DNA of 64,000 nt from Eukaryota sp. TZLM1-RC (lineage: Eukaryota; Protista; Metamonada: BaSk clade): NCBI GenBank assembly GCA_040285825.1, contig JAUPSS010000003.1, positions 3,658,001 through 3,722,000 on the forward strand. Direction: 5' to 3'. Both the position numbers and the translations under genes were made by a program. This document shows positions 24,060-33,799 of the stretch, one piece after another. The notes under the pieces are model-generated. The model did no database searches and had not been told where the DNA came from. It saw nothing but the letters and a program-made list of their open reading frames with translations. Numbering within the stretch: position 1 is the first letter of the stretch; every line of letters begins with the position of its first letter.

Positions 24060-27000
24060 TTACAAACACTGAATAACATCATCTAGTTTTAAATCAACAT
24101 CATATTTTTCTAAAAACTTCAATAAAGACGTGGCCAATAATTCTAAATTTGCATCAAAACCAAAGGGAAGTAATTTTGACCAAGAAATGCAATTTTGAAT
24201 AGTCAAAATAACATTAAAATGTTTGTTGTTCAATCGATCCTCACACTGTTTCAGTATTTTGTACACATTCCATGCAATTTTCGAATGATTAACCCATGAT
24301 TTTGCTTTGAAAACCAAAGTTAAAAAATTCAAAAAATTTGGTTCATCTAATGAAATTGTTTGAGGACCTGATTGAGATTCCACAAACAAACCAAAATTTT
24401 GGTGAAATGATTGGGGGTCAATCTCCAAAAAATCACAAACTTGACTGTTTCCTAAATTGGAAACATATAACCAGACAGGAACCGATGATAAACTTTCGAT
24501 AATACAAATCAAGCGATCCAAAGGATAAATAGACGCATCAAGAAAGAGGCAATGAAAACCAAAATAATTGGAAAAGAATTTAAAATCTTGAAAACAAATA
24601 TTATTAAAAAGTACTACCTGACTCACCTTCCATTCAGCCAACAGTCGTTCAAAATCAATTTCAAATAAATCAATTTGTGGACTAGACTCAAAAACAAAAT
24701 TTCCAAGTTTGAATGAATAAAGACTCCTTTTGACCATAACGTGATGGAGCTCAGAATTCCAAAAAAATCTTGTATTTTTGAGCCATTTCTTATCAGTAAC
24801 AGACATGGTAGTAGATTCTGCCTTTTCTAAAAGGTTAACAGCGTTCGAATTCATTAAGAGTAGGGCAAATAGTGTGTCCTTCAATTCTCTACCCAAATCC
24901 TTACTTTTTACCATCAGCAGCATTTCTTCCACATTGGTCATCAGTTGATTTTTGGCAGAATCGATGGAGCCTGGGTCATATGGATGCCTTGTTAAAGCGA
25001 GATCGACTGATTTGGTTAAAAAAACAGCTTCGCAAGTAATTATTACTGAATGAGGGAATTGCTTTATCCATTGGGGTCGTTGAGCAGAATTATAATCTTC
25101 TAAGCAACTCCAGAGACTTTCATTGACTGATGACGTGATTGATTTGTAGATTTGATTGATGAAAAGAGACAAATCACCTGAGAATGAAGAAATTGATTCA
25201 GTAAAGAAGAGAATTTCTGAATTTGTGGTTTCTAATCCAGAAATTTCGTTACCCTTGAATAAAAGTTCAAACAGAAACGGAAAAATTTGACTGACAACTT
25301 GACACAGGTCTATCTGATCTCTACTCATCACTGAGAATTCCAACAGTTCCTCATTGGAAAACAAACACAACCAAGGACAACCTTCCCGATCTCGGTCAAA
25401 TCGTTTCAATAGAGAGTCAAAGGAAGTCTTTAAATTGGATTTTAATTCAGCCATTTCAGAACTTAAAGATGAGCAAATACTTGATGAAAAAAATGTTTCA
25501 ATATAGTCTGCTTGTGAAAATTTTGCCTGAATAACAGTCTCCCAAGTTGACGTGACAAGGTCAAATTCCCTTGATTGATCACGTGCCAACTGCCGGGCGA
25601 CAGCTCGAGAAAAGAATCCTGCACAAAAGAGCAACTGATTTTGTAATTGTTGAGCCGACTGAAGCATTAGGTCAAAATTAGTCAAAAATGACTGAAAATT
25701 TGATATATCACTCGAAAACGATTCGGAAAGAGGATCATTTAATATAGACGATAGTTCGATTAAATGGAGATCAACCTGTTTGATTAGACAATCAAAATCA
25801 ATTTTTGATATGTTGAACTCGTCAGAAGCGATCTGTACTTCCACACCACGCCACGTGTTATAAATTGATTCATATCGACAATAGAGATCATGTTCAGACA
25901 GTGCTTTCTGGCAAATGGAGATCAAATAATCATCATTTTCTAAAATTTTATGTTGTAAAAGCATACTGATCGTAGGAACGATTAATGACGTGGTACTTTG
26001 GGCTAACACGTCATAATGATGGAATATATCAGACCAATGATGGTTTTTGAGATGCGATTCTTTGATGAAGATAATCTTTTGTAAAATCTTTTCAAAGTCA
26101 ATCACTTTTGATTGAACTAGATCAATCACTTCATCCTTTTTCAAAACCGTGCTAACACTTTGAATAATGTCCTTAGCTTGATCAACCTGACCAGAAACTT
26201 TATTCAAGTCCATCTGTCTTATATCACTGCTGACCCACTCAATTTCCTGGGAATTCCACGTGTCCAGCAAACGCCACGTGTCATTCCTAGCTTTAACAAG
26301 CTTCACCAATTCCCCATAATTATGGAAATCAGAGAGATTTCGGCTTAAGAGCTTTTCAAATGAATGAATTTCCTCAATTGAAGCTTCATAATGACTTAAT
26401 TTTTGTTGGATTTTGGCAAGTTTTTCCATAACCATATTCGGATCACTTTTTGGATTGGTTAGTATTGGAGAGTAAAGATCACCTAAAATACCTAATAAAC
26501 CAGATTCAATTTTGCCAGAAACCTCAGCCAATTGAGATCTAATAGAAGGTAGATTTTCATCAATTTTGCATTGACTTGAAGCCAAAACAGTATCAAAGGT
26601 GTTGATAGTGGATTTCAAAGAGGAAAACTTCGAAGATTCAGAAACTGTAAAGCCACATTTATAACGTTGACCAGTTGCATAAAGGTCTTCTATAAAAGAC
26701 AACCTGCTCTCAATAGTTACTGTCTTTTGTTTAATTTCGTTAAACAGACCCACATACGAACAGAATTCGCTGAGTGGAGAAAATGAGCCTCCAGAAAGAT
26801 GTTTAATACACGTTCTGACCTCTTCCGTCAGTTCTGAATAAAGTTGCGAAAAAAGCAACCTGACCTGCTCCTTGATTATGATCAACGATTTGATTGGAAT
26901 ATCAGTCAAAAACTCCCGAAGTAGCCTTCGGTCGATAATCAAAACACCAACAGAAGACTGCTTCTTTCCCGTGGACTCAAATAGTTGGTTCCAAGATTCA

Positions 27001-28847
27001 AACAAATTGATTCTCGAAATGATCGTCTTGTTATCCCATCTTGCAACAATACTTTCCAATTCTTTAAACTCTGTTTGACTAAATTCATAAACTTCTCTCC
27101 ATGTAGACTCAAAAGAAGTGACTGATTGGGCAGCTCGCTTATAAGAAAGTTTTATTTGATTGATAATTTCTGATCGAGTTGCCGTCAAATCTTCATTTGA
27201 TTGGGAAAGTAAGGTTGCTAGATCAAAATCAACACTTGATTGATTAATGATTGATTTGAAATGATTAGATGATGCAATTAAAGGGACCGAATTCAAAATA
27301 CTGTCCGTATCAGCGAAGATACTGCTCCATACATTTGAAAACTCCTCAAAATTAGGAGAGAAAGTTAAATGTCTGGTATTTGGTTTAAAATTTACCGATG
27401 TAAGTAAAAGGCCTTCGTGTCTGGAGTCCGTGTGATGATTCAGAGTTTGGAAAATCGAAAGTACATGATTGCAATCATCATGTAAACGTGACCATAGTGA
27501 CGTCATCAACATTAAATCAATCATTTTGATGAACCTATCAAATCTAGTTGCTTCCTGTCGAGCTTCCTCCACAGCTCTTTTTCTTTCCCATTTGACTTTC
27601 TTTGCCTCTACCATTGACATACTTCGTTCAGAAAACTCATCTTCACCATCAAAATCAATCAAATTTGATGGCTTCAGTTGAGTTCTTTTATGGATGGACT
27701 CCTGGACTTCGGTGATAATGTCAATGATGGTGTTGCGGTGATTCTTAATCTTACTAATGGCTGACTCCCTAACAGTGGACTGCTGGTCGGATAACTCATT
27801 CAGTGAAACCCACCTATTGTCAAAGGAAAGTTCAATCAAATTTGAGTGGTTGATTTCATGCAAGATATTTTTAATTCTAAAAAGAGCATCTTTGAAATAA
27901 GGTCTCACAAAATAAAGGTTTTGATAAACCAACGCTTGGCTATCATTAAACTTTCTCGTTCTAAGCCATAACTTCCATCCAATAAAGAATCGAAAAAGCA
28001 AATTATTCTTAAAAAAACTAAGACACTTTAGAATTCTAAATATACCAGAGTGTTTAATCCAAGTTTTTAAATCGGTATAGTCCAACTCATTTTCCCTACC
28101 CCGTAACTTTGACATCTCCACAACTCCCTTTGCTGAGAGTGTATAATATTTTGACTTTGAATGAGCCGTGGAACCTGAAACTACTGACAATAGATAAGGA
28201 TCCCAATCAAGGTCTGAAGGTGACGTCATGTCAGTCAAAAACACGAATTTGATTGAATCATCAGGGTTATTTACAAAATAGGAAACTGCATCATCTGAAG
28301 TCTTGAGAAATCTTTCTTGGTCACGCGGTTGATTTTCCATATGTAACTTTCTGCCTAGCCTCGAAGATTTTCTAGAAGTGATTGGGGTGTTTTTGATTGA
28401 AGGTAGGTCAAAAGAATTCAGGGGAAGTGTGGATAGTGATGGCAGAAGTGAGGACTTTGTTTGAGTTTTAGAGGAAAGTCCCAAGGGTGGAAGGGTAAGC
28501 TTAGAGACCTGAGAAGAGAGAGACGAAAGGGAAGATGTGGACACGTCAGGAGAAATTGTGCAGAGCTGGTGTATAACGCATGGAGAGAAGAGTTGTTCAA
28601 GAGCAGGGATCAGGGAAATATGAGCTAGTGAGGGTGATCTACGAAGATGAGTAAGAGCACTGCGAAGAATAGAGATAACACGTAAGGAAGGGGATACTGC
28701 AAAGAAAGCACCTGATGAATAATTTCCAAGAAAGTCTATTAAGCTATACCAGAAAGACTCTTCAGAAAAGGAAGAGGATGTTGTTGTTTTAAAGAAGGAC
28801 ACTAGATCATGTTCAAAACGCCTCAGACTAAGGGTTTGATCGCTCAT
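24060..28847 (-). CDS. Divergent, truncated inner-arm-type dynein heavy chain-like protein (tail, linker and degenerate AAA1; no motor ring)
   Basis: DPYLLSVV/YYTLSAKGV, LKNHHW, CPWLCLFSNEELLE (cf. FPRFYFLSNDELLE), WLKNTRFFW (cf. WxxQLRYYW). No GPAGTGKT Walker A. 1595 aa followed by an AATAAA-containing UTR. Confidence 0.8.
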   Translation of the reverse strand: MSDQTLSLRRFEHDLVSFFKTTTSSSFSEESFWYSLIDFLGNYSSGAFFAVSPSLRVISILRSALTHLRRSPSLAHISLIPALEQLFSPCVIHQLCTISPDVSTSSLSSLSSQVSKLTLPPLGLSSKTQTKSSLLPSLSTLPLNSFDLPSIKNTPITSRKSSRLGRKLHMENQPRDQERFLKTSDDAVSYFVNNPDDSIKFVFLTDMTSPSDLDWDPYLLSVVSGSTAHSKSKYYTLSAKGVVEMSKLRGRENELDYTDLKTWIKHSGIFRILKCLSFFKNNLLFRFFIGWKLWLRTRKFNDSQALVYQNLYFVRPYFKDALFRIKNILHEINHSNLIELSFDNRWVSLNELSDQQSTVRESAISKIKNHRNTIIDIITEVQESIHKRTQLKPSNLIDFDGEDEFSERSMSMVEAKKVKWERKRAVEEARQEATRFDRFIKMIDLMLMTSLWSRLHDDCNHVLSIFQTLNHHTDSRHEGLLLTSVNFKPNTRHLTFSPNFEEFSNVWSSIFADTDSILNSVPLIASSNHFKSIINQSSVDFDLATLLSQSNEDLTATRSEIINQIKLSYKRAAQSVTSFESTWREVYEFSQTEFKELESIVARWDNKTIISRINLFESWNQLFESTGKKQSSVGVLIIDRRLLREFLTDIPIKSLIIIKEQVRLLFSQLYSELTEEVRTCIKHLSGGSFSPLSEFCSYVGLFNEIKQKTVTIESRLSFIEDLYATGQRYKCGFTVSESSKFSSLKSTINTFDTVLASSQCKIDENLPSIRSQLAEVSGKIESGLLGILGDLYSPILTNPKSDPNMVMEKLAKIQQKLSHYEASIEEIHSFEKLLSRNLSDFHNYGELVKLVKARNDTWRLLDTWNSQEIEWVSSDIRQMDLNKVSGQVDQAKDIIQSVSTVLKKDEVIDLVQSKVIDFEKILQKIIFIKESHLKNHHWSDIFHHYDVLAQSTTSLIVPTISMLLQHKILENDDYLISICQKALSEHDLYCRYESIYNTWRGVEVQIASDEFNISKIDFDCLIKQVDLHLIELSSILNDPLSESFSSDISNFQSFLTNFDLMLQSAQQLQNQLLFCAGFFSRAVARQLARDQSREFDLVTSTWETVIQAKFSQADYIETFFSSSICSSLSSEMAELKSNLKTSFDSLLKRFDRDREGCPWLCLFSNEELLEFSVMSRDQIDLCQVVSQIFPFLFELLFKGNEISGLETTNSEILFFTESISSFSGDLSLFINQIYKSITSSVNESLWSCLEDYNSAQRPQWIKQFPHSVIITCEAVFLTKSVDLALTRHPYDPGSIDSAKNQLMTNVEEMLLMVKSKDLGRELKDTLFALLLMNSNAVNLLEKAESTTMSVTDKKWLKNTRFFWNSELHHVMVKRSLYSFKLGNFVFESSPQIDLFEIDFERLLAEWKVSQVVLFNNICFQDFKFFSNYFGFHCLFLDASIYPLDRLICIIESLSSVPVWLYVSNLGNSQVCDFLEIDPQSFHQNFGLFVESQSGPQTISLDEPNFLNFLTLVFKAKSWVNHSKIAWNVYKILKQCEDRLNNKHFNVILTIQNCISWSKLLPFGFDANLELLATSLLKFLEKYDVDLKLDDVIQCL

Positions 28848-28905
28848 GGTAAACCAATCCCTTATGAAAACTAATGAAACAGAAGAATTCTTCTAAACCA
28901 TTCCC

Positions 28906-29234
28906 ATCTTCACCATTTATGTTCTTCCTTCACTGCCAATATATTCAGTGAAGCATTTCGATCTCTATTCTACAAACTTTTGCACTATTTACACTTGGTA
29001 AGCTTCTGACGAGTAGACATCTCTTGCCTCTTCCATGGCCTTGGATTTCTGCACCATCGGAATGTTTCAACTGTTTTCTCCGCTTTCTTACAATTGAAAC
29101 AACAGCAACTGGTTCGAAACTCGTTAATTAGAGACCTTATATCCAGTCTTTTTAAATAAAATCCTTAAACCTTTCCCTTTAGTTGGTTCTTTGAATTTCA
29201 TGTGTTTTCGTTGTTCCCGTCATCTCAGTTTCCT
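28906..29234 (-). pseudogene. Fanzor1 C-terminal fragment, near-identical to 8776-9105
   Basis: Direct sequence identity, including the same stop codons. Confidence 0.88.
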
Positions 29235-29309
29235 ATCAGAGAAATCACTACCTGTTTTGATAAGATACATTAGTCACAAAATACGCATAGCAAAACACTA
29301 CCTTATTTA

Positions 29310-30980
29310 TTATTCCAAGACAGACACACCAAATGATCTACAAAAACAATCTTCTAAACCTTTGCTAAAGAAAACAGGATACTTTGGAGTTAACAATACA
29401 GGAAAACCCAGGTAATTGAGTAAAGATAAACATCCTATTGACTCTGCTTCATACCAAGACAAAATAAACTTGATTGGAAGTTGATTCGGCTCTACTTTCA
29501 TTACAGAAGACAAAGTGTAAATGGTTTCTACAATGGAAGCACAGTCTTCAAAGCCACCAAAATCCAAAACCCTGGGGAAAACATTCGAAACAGAGAAATC
29601 AGTGGAAAGAAAAGGAGCACTGGACAATACCCTAAATTTGACTGAGCCAAAGAGAAAAACAACGGTAGTTATGGGTAAAGCTTTAAAAATTTTCATAAAA
29701 TTCAAATTTTCTGATGCTAATGCACCATCAGAACCGCCAATAACCAAAACATTTTCTAATTTACCTTTTTTAAAGAGATCGACAAATTCAGGCATGAAGG
29801 TACGAAGTCTAGAATTCCAATGATAGACTGAATAGAACGTCATTGGGTCGAAGCGAGCAGGTGCAAGGGGATCAAAGCTTGGAAAGAAAAAGTTACTGAA
29901 AATTGAAAGATCCAAGACACCCCCCTTACTGGAAATTCTTTTTAATCCGGGAATTCCAACAGTATTGGCTAAATAAATACGTTCAGAGTAATTGGTTTCT
30001 GTTAAATGCAAAGGCAACGTGGGTCCATTCAACAAAATAATTAAGCCAGGAAAACTCTCAAAGTCAAGACGTTGATTTTGGTAAATGTTGGAATAATGAC
30101 CAACTAAATTAGGAAACTTCTGGAAAAAGGGATAAGAATGTGCCTTGATTAAATTACCAGAGCTATAAACATTGATTGTTGGGGAAAGTGTTTCTAATAT
30201 AGAATAAAATTGATAAAGATTATCACCATAAACCACAACAGCTGGCCCAGTAGATGAGTAATTGACCTCAATAGATCTTGGTCGAGCTAAACCAAAAGAA
30301 TTGACAAGAGATTCATCTAATTCAAGAGATGTTTTGTAATAAACTTCACCCAACTTTTGGTACATCGAGCGAACATCCTCAATGGTGGAGCCATTGTCAA
30401 AAGCAATGGCCAAATCACTACAAACAGCAATAGAATCTACGGTAAACGAAGAAAACACATTGAGACGAAGGAGAAGTTTGGCATAACCAGGAAGCGCTGA
30501 CGTGACCATTAGCTCAAAAAAACCAGCAACCACATCATCACCGAGACTTTCGAAGACTGTTTGAGAATTGAAAAGTTCCCCATTCAGGGATTGTTCATTC
30601 CTATTTCTCCCAATGGTCCATTCAGTAAGGGAATACTTGGGAGGGGCTAGGTCGTGCTCACGAAGCATCTTCCGAAGAGTGGCTCGTTCGGCTTCCATGA
30701 CAGTAAGGGTAGCAGCTACGAGATTAGCATCATAATTTTCTGATGTAGAAATCAAAGCAAGTGAGTAAAACAGCGTTCTATAGGTATGATCAGGGACTTC
30801 AATGTAATGGTAATGAAGGGGGTGCATATTGAGGGAGAGGGAAAGACATGATGCTATCACATTACGGTTAAGGCTTTCAAGTGCACTGTCCTTTCCACAG
30901 ATCCCTCTCGGCTGAACACATGCGAGAGAGTCTTCTGCTGAAGGACACTGGAAACAGAGAAAATCTGGTCGCTCAGTCAT
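29310..30980 (-). CDS. Hybrid-cluster protein (prismane) homologue lacking most hybrid-cluster ligands
   Basis: CFQC-X8-C-X6-CGK, AHSYP..KFPNLVGHY, QRLDFESFPG, IGGSDG, PRVLDFG, LSWYE; 556 aa, matching HCP length. Confidence 0.85.
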   Translation of the reverse strand: MTERPDFLCFQCPSAEDSLACVQPRGICGKDSALESLNRNVIASCLSLSLNMHPLHYHYIEVPDHTYRTLFYSLALISTSENYDANLVAATLTVMEAERATLRKMLREHDLAPPKYSLTEWTIGRNRNEQSLNGELFNSQTVFESLGDDVVAGFFELMVTSALPGYAKLLLRLNVFSSFTVDSIAVCSDLAIAFDNGSTIEDVRSMYQKLGEVYYKTSLELDESLVNSFGLARPRSIEVNYSSTGPAVVVYGDNLYQFYSILETLSPTINVYSSGNLIKAHSYPFFQKFPNLVGHYSNIYQNQRLDFESFPGLIILLNGPTLPLHLTETNYSERIYLANTVGIPGLKRISSKGGVLDLSIFSNFFFPSFDPLAPARFDPMTFYSVYHWNSRLRTFMPEFVDLFKKGKLENVLVIGGSDGALASENLNFMKIFKALPITTVVFLFGSVKFRVLSSAPFLSTDFSVSNVFPRVLDFGGFEDCASIVETIYTLSSVMKVEPNQLPIKFILSWYEAESIGCLSLLNYLGFPVLLTPKYPVFFSKGLEDCFCRSFGVSVLE

Positions 30981-31227
30981 TGGCTACGAGAAGAACAAGT
31001 CGTTGATATCCTATAGGAATTGCTATACTGTGAAACTCTTTCCAGAAAACATCATGCAGCTTCGCACTACTCAGAAGATGGGGATTATTAATAATAATGT
31101 CTGGAGCACGACATTGCCTACCATCCTGTAAGACTAAATCACCCAAATAGTCAAAAGCTATAGCCGTGCCGATTATAATTCGATTATCCTTAGTCAAAAC
31201 GTAAAGCTTTTGATCTAAGATGAACAT
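30973..31227 (-). CDS. Sm/LSm-fold protein (possibly Naa38/Mak31-like)
   Basis: Sm1 motif LDQKLYVLTKDNRIIIGTAIAFDYLGDLVLQD; 84 aa. Confidence 0.7.
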   Translation of the reverse strand: MFILDQKLYVLTKDNRIIIGTAIAFDYLGDLVLQDGRQCRAPDIIINNPHLLSSAKLHDVFWKEFHSIAIPIGYQRLVLLVAND

Positions 31228-31719
31228 GACAAAATGTAAGCTTGTAGACTTGTAGAAACAGAGTATAATTCTATAATTCTTTTTTTTATTCTATGTTAGT
31301 TTTGGTTTGGTGGAAAAAATTTACCAAAATAAGTAGTCCACTTTTTGGAAAACAAAAACCAAACCGTTTTCCTTTTTTTAAACCTCCTTTTTCTGACCAA
31401 CATTGCTTAGCTTTTCGAGCCAAATTTCCCTATTTGCAAATAAAATTTTCTCAAAACCTTTAACTTCATTGAACAATACTAAAAAGGCAATTACCACTAA
31501 GGGTCCACCAGATCATGCTTCTAATTCAACAGCTCTTCGACATTTTCTTGCTCATATCTATTTAAACAAACCAGGCCTTCTAAACTTTTACAATACAGGG
31601 CGGATCTCAAGTCTGTGGCGGTTTAACCAGCTGTTGAGAACAATCGTTCAATATCAACATGTATTTTATTCAAGTAGATCACATAGAAGTTTTATTTACA
31701 AAATTCCTCTTGAATTAAT

Positions 31720-32045
31720 AGCGAAGGAAAAACACATGCAATTTGGCAAAGATATCGAAGAAACTAATGCTGATAGAAATAGACAGTGTGTTTTTGATGA
31801 TTTCTCAATTCCTATAAACGAAAAATCATCAGTAGAAGTAGAAAATTTTGTGGATGATTTCAAAAAACGGGTTGAAAAAAAACAATGGAGAGATTTGTTG
31901 TCTTTTTGCGGCGGTCACGAATTCACTTTGCCATAATTAATGGATTACCAAGGTTTTTCCATAGCATAAGAGAAGCAATGATGAGAAAGCAATCAGATCA
32001 GGATTTTGTTGAGGAAATCTTGTTTCAATGAATTTCGTCTCGGCA
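31720..32045 (+). mobile_element. 3' fragment of CRE-like family A
   Basis: KEKH..FGKDIEETNADRN...; ends gaaatcttgtttcaatgaatttcgtc. Confidence 0.8.
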
Positions 32046-32117
32046 ATTCTGAGCTTATGATGCTGAAAGGTTAGACATAACTATGACAGTAAAGATAAAG
32101 AATATATATTTAAACTC

Positions 32118-32520
32118 ACTGGCTCTTACAAAGGCCATCACTAGTGAAGTCTATACTACACTAATTTTCCACAGTACAACACTTATTGTTTTAAGTGTTG
32201 TAGGTCAATAATAGTTCAAGAAAACATAAAATTTCTGAAACACAACCTTGGGCGACTTAAAAAAGGCATAAACTAAGAACACACTATACATTGCCACAAT
32301 ACATAAACCTTGATGAACAGATTGTGTCGTAACTGCTGATTTGGATACCTGAAACAATTGAGGTAGATTCCAACAACGAATAGGATGGGGGTGCCAATTG
32401 AGATAGTAATGCTGACGGTGCTCTCTACATGTACAGACCAATGGTATTGCAAAGGTCTATAAGTGTGTGTGAATAGAATGTTTAGAGTATTAGTATTAAG
32501 ATTATGAGGATGGATAGAAA
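32118..32520 (-). mobile_element. Probable LTR plus PBS remnant related to Gypsy element 1
   Basis: Shares two blocks with 5419-5491; no gag follows. The far boundary is uncertain. Confidence 0.5.
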
Positions 32521-32605
32521 CATCCTTTTTTTTTAATTTGATTTGTTTAAATGAATTTAGTCAAATAAGGAAACTGAACAAAGTAAAATAGAATACATAA
32601 ACTAG

Positions 32606-33223
32606 TTAAACATCAACACCTAATCGTTTGAATGCTTCAACAGCAACCTTTTCACCCTTTCCAGTGGCCAATTTCTTTTCTTTTTTAAGTTGGTGGAAGG
32701 TTTCAACATCAAAGGGACGAACTTTGGATTCATGAATATATCCCTTGTTGGCTCCACCATAACCATAGAAACGAACCAGCAGATCTCCCTCAGCATCGGG
32801 TTTTTGAAGGACGATACTGGCATAGTATTTCTTGGGATAAGGAGCAAAAACCATCTCACGATTAGTAAGATCAATATCACTGTCTTCAGTGCGCTCAACT
32901 TCTACTTTGGATTTTTTAGAGGGAGTGCCAGCAGTGGTGCGTGCGCGTCGTGGTTTGGCAGACGGAGTAGTGACTGGCTCCTTAGCTGGAGGCTTGGGTG
33001 ATTCCCTTGGTGAGACGGTATCGGGAGATTTAACGACGACATCAACCTTTTCCGATAGAACAGCACCTTCCTTGGTGACAGATCGTTTAATGACCTTCTT
33101 CACCTTACGACGGCGTTTCTCTTTCTTTTGATCGGATTGTTCAGGAGATTGTACTTCTGGAGGATTGGCGGTTGCTGCTGATTCCTCTGTTACAGGAGAT
33201 TTAGGTTCCTCTTTGGAAGACAT
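32606..33223 (-). CDS. PWWP-like domain protein with basic, low-complexity N-terminus
   Basis: MVFAPYPKKYYASIV...LLVRFYG...YIHESKVRPF; NLS-like KKEKRRRK. Confidence 0.72.
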   Translation of the reverse strand: MSSKEEPKSPVTEESAATANPPEVQSPEQSDQKKEKRRRKVKKVIKRSVTKEGAVLSEKVDVVVKSPDTVSPRESPKPPAKEPVTTPSAKPRRARTTAGTPSKKSKVEVERTEDSDIDLTNREMVFAPYPKKYYASIVLQKPDAEGDLLVRFYGYGGANKGYIHESKVRPFDVETFHQLKKEKKLATGKGEKVAVEAFKRLGVDV

Positions 33224-33369
33224 TAAAGTTCAATTGATGCTGAAGTGTGAAGGACGATAGTTTAAGTTCTTGTTTGATGAATTTAAATCTATTTGAAATT
33301 ATACTAAAGTAAATGATACTATAGCATATAGTCATTTATAGTATTCTATAGTCTATTTGAAATTATAAT

Positions 33370-33785
33370 ATATATTGAACATCCACACTTAACAAAATAA
33401 ACTCATAACTAATGGGACGAAATTCATTGAACCAAGATATCCTTTACAAAATCTCGTTCTCTTTGCTGTCCAGCTAAAGATTCTCTAATTCGATTGAAAA
33501 ACCGCGGCAATTTCTTAATAATGGCAAATTGATTTTGAGAGCGCCTTAAAAAGATATCAAATGTTTTCTTCGTTTTTTCTTGAACCATTTTTTGAAAATC
33601 ATTCAAAAAGCTTCCTGCTTCTACTGATAGTTTTCCGTTTATAGAAAATGGGAAAGCAATAAAAACAAGTGGTTTATTTCTATCAGCATTAACTTCTTCG
33701 ATATCTAGACAAAATCAACAACAGCTTCAGAGTTCTCAATCCAATCACAGTATATATCACCTCTATCATCAGAACCAAAATTCAT
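33370..33785 (-). mobile_element. 3' fragment of CRE-like family A with internal deletion
   Basis: FGSDDRGDIYCDW joined directly to DIEEVNADRN; conserved 3' UTR. Confidence 0.85.
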
Positions 33786-33799
33786 TCTCTTGCGAGATG

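Noticed and set aside
31403-31936. 177-aa ORF as a real gene
   Set aside because: TTG start; it is a chimera of a possible Fanzor fragment and a CRE 3' fragment.
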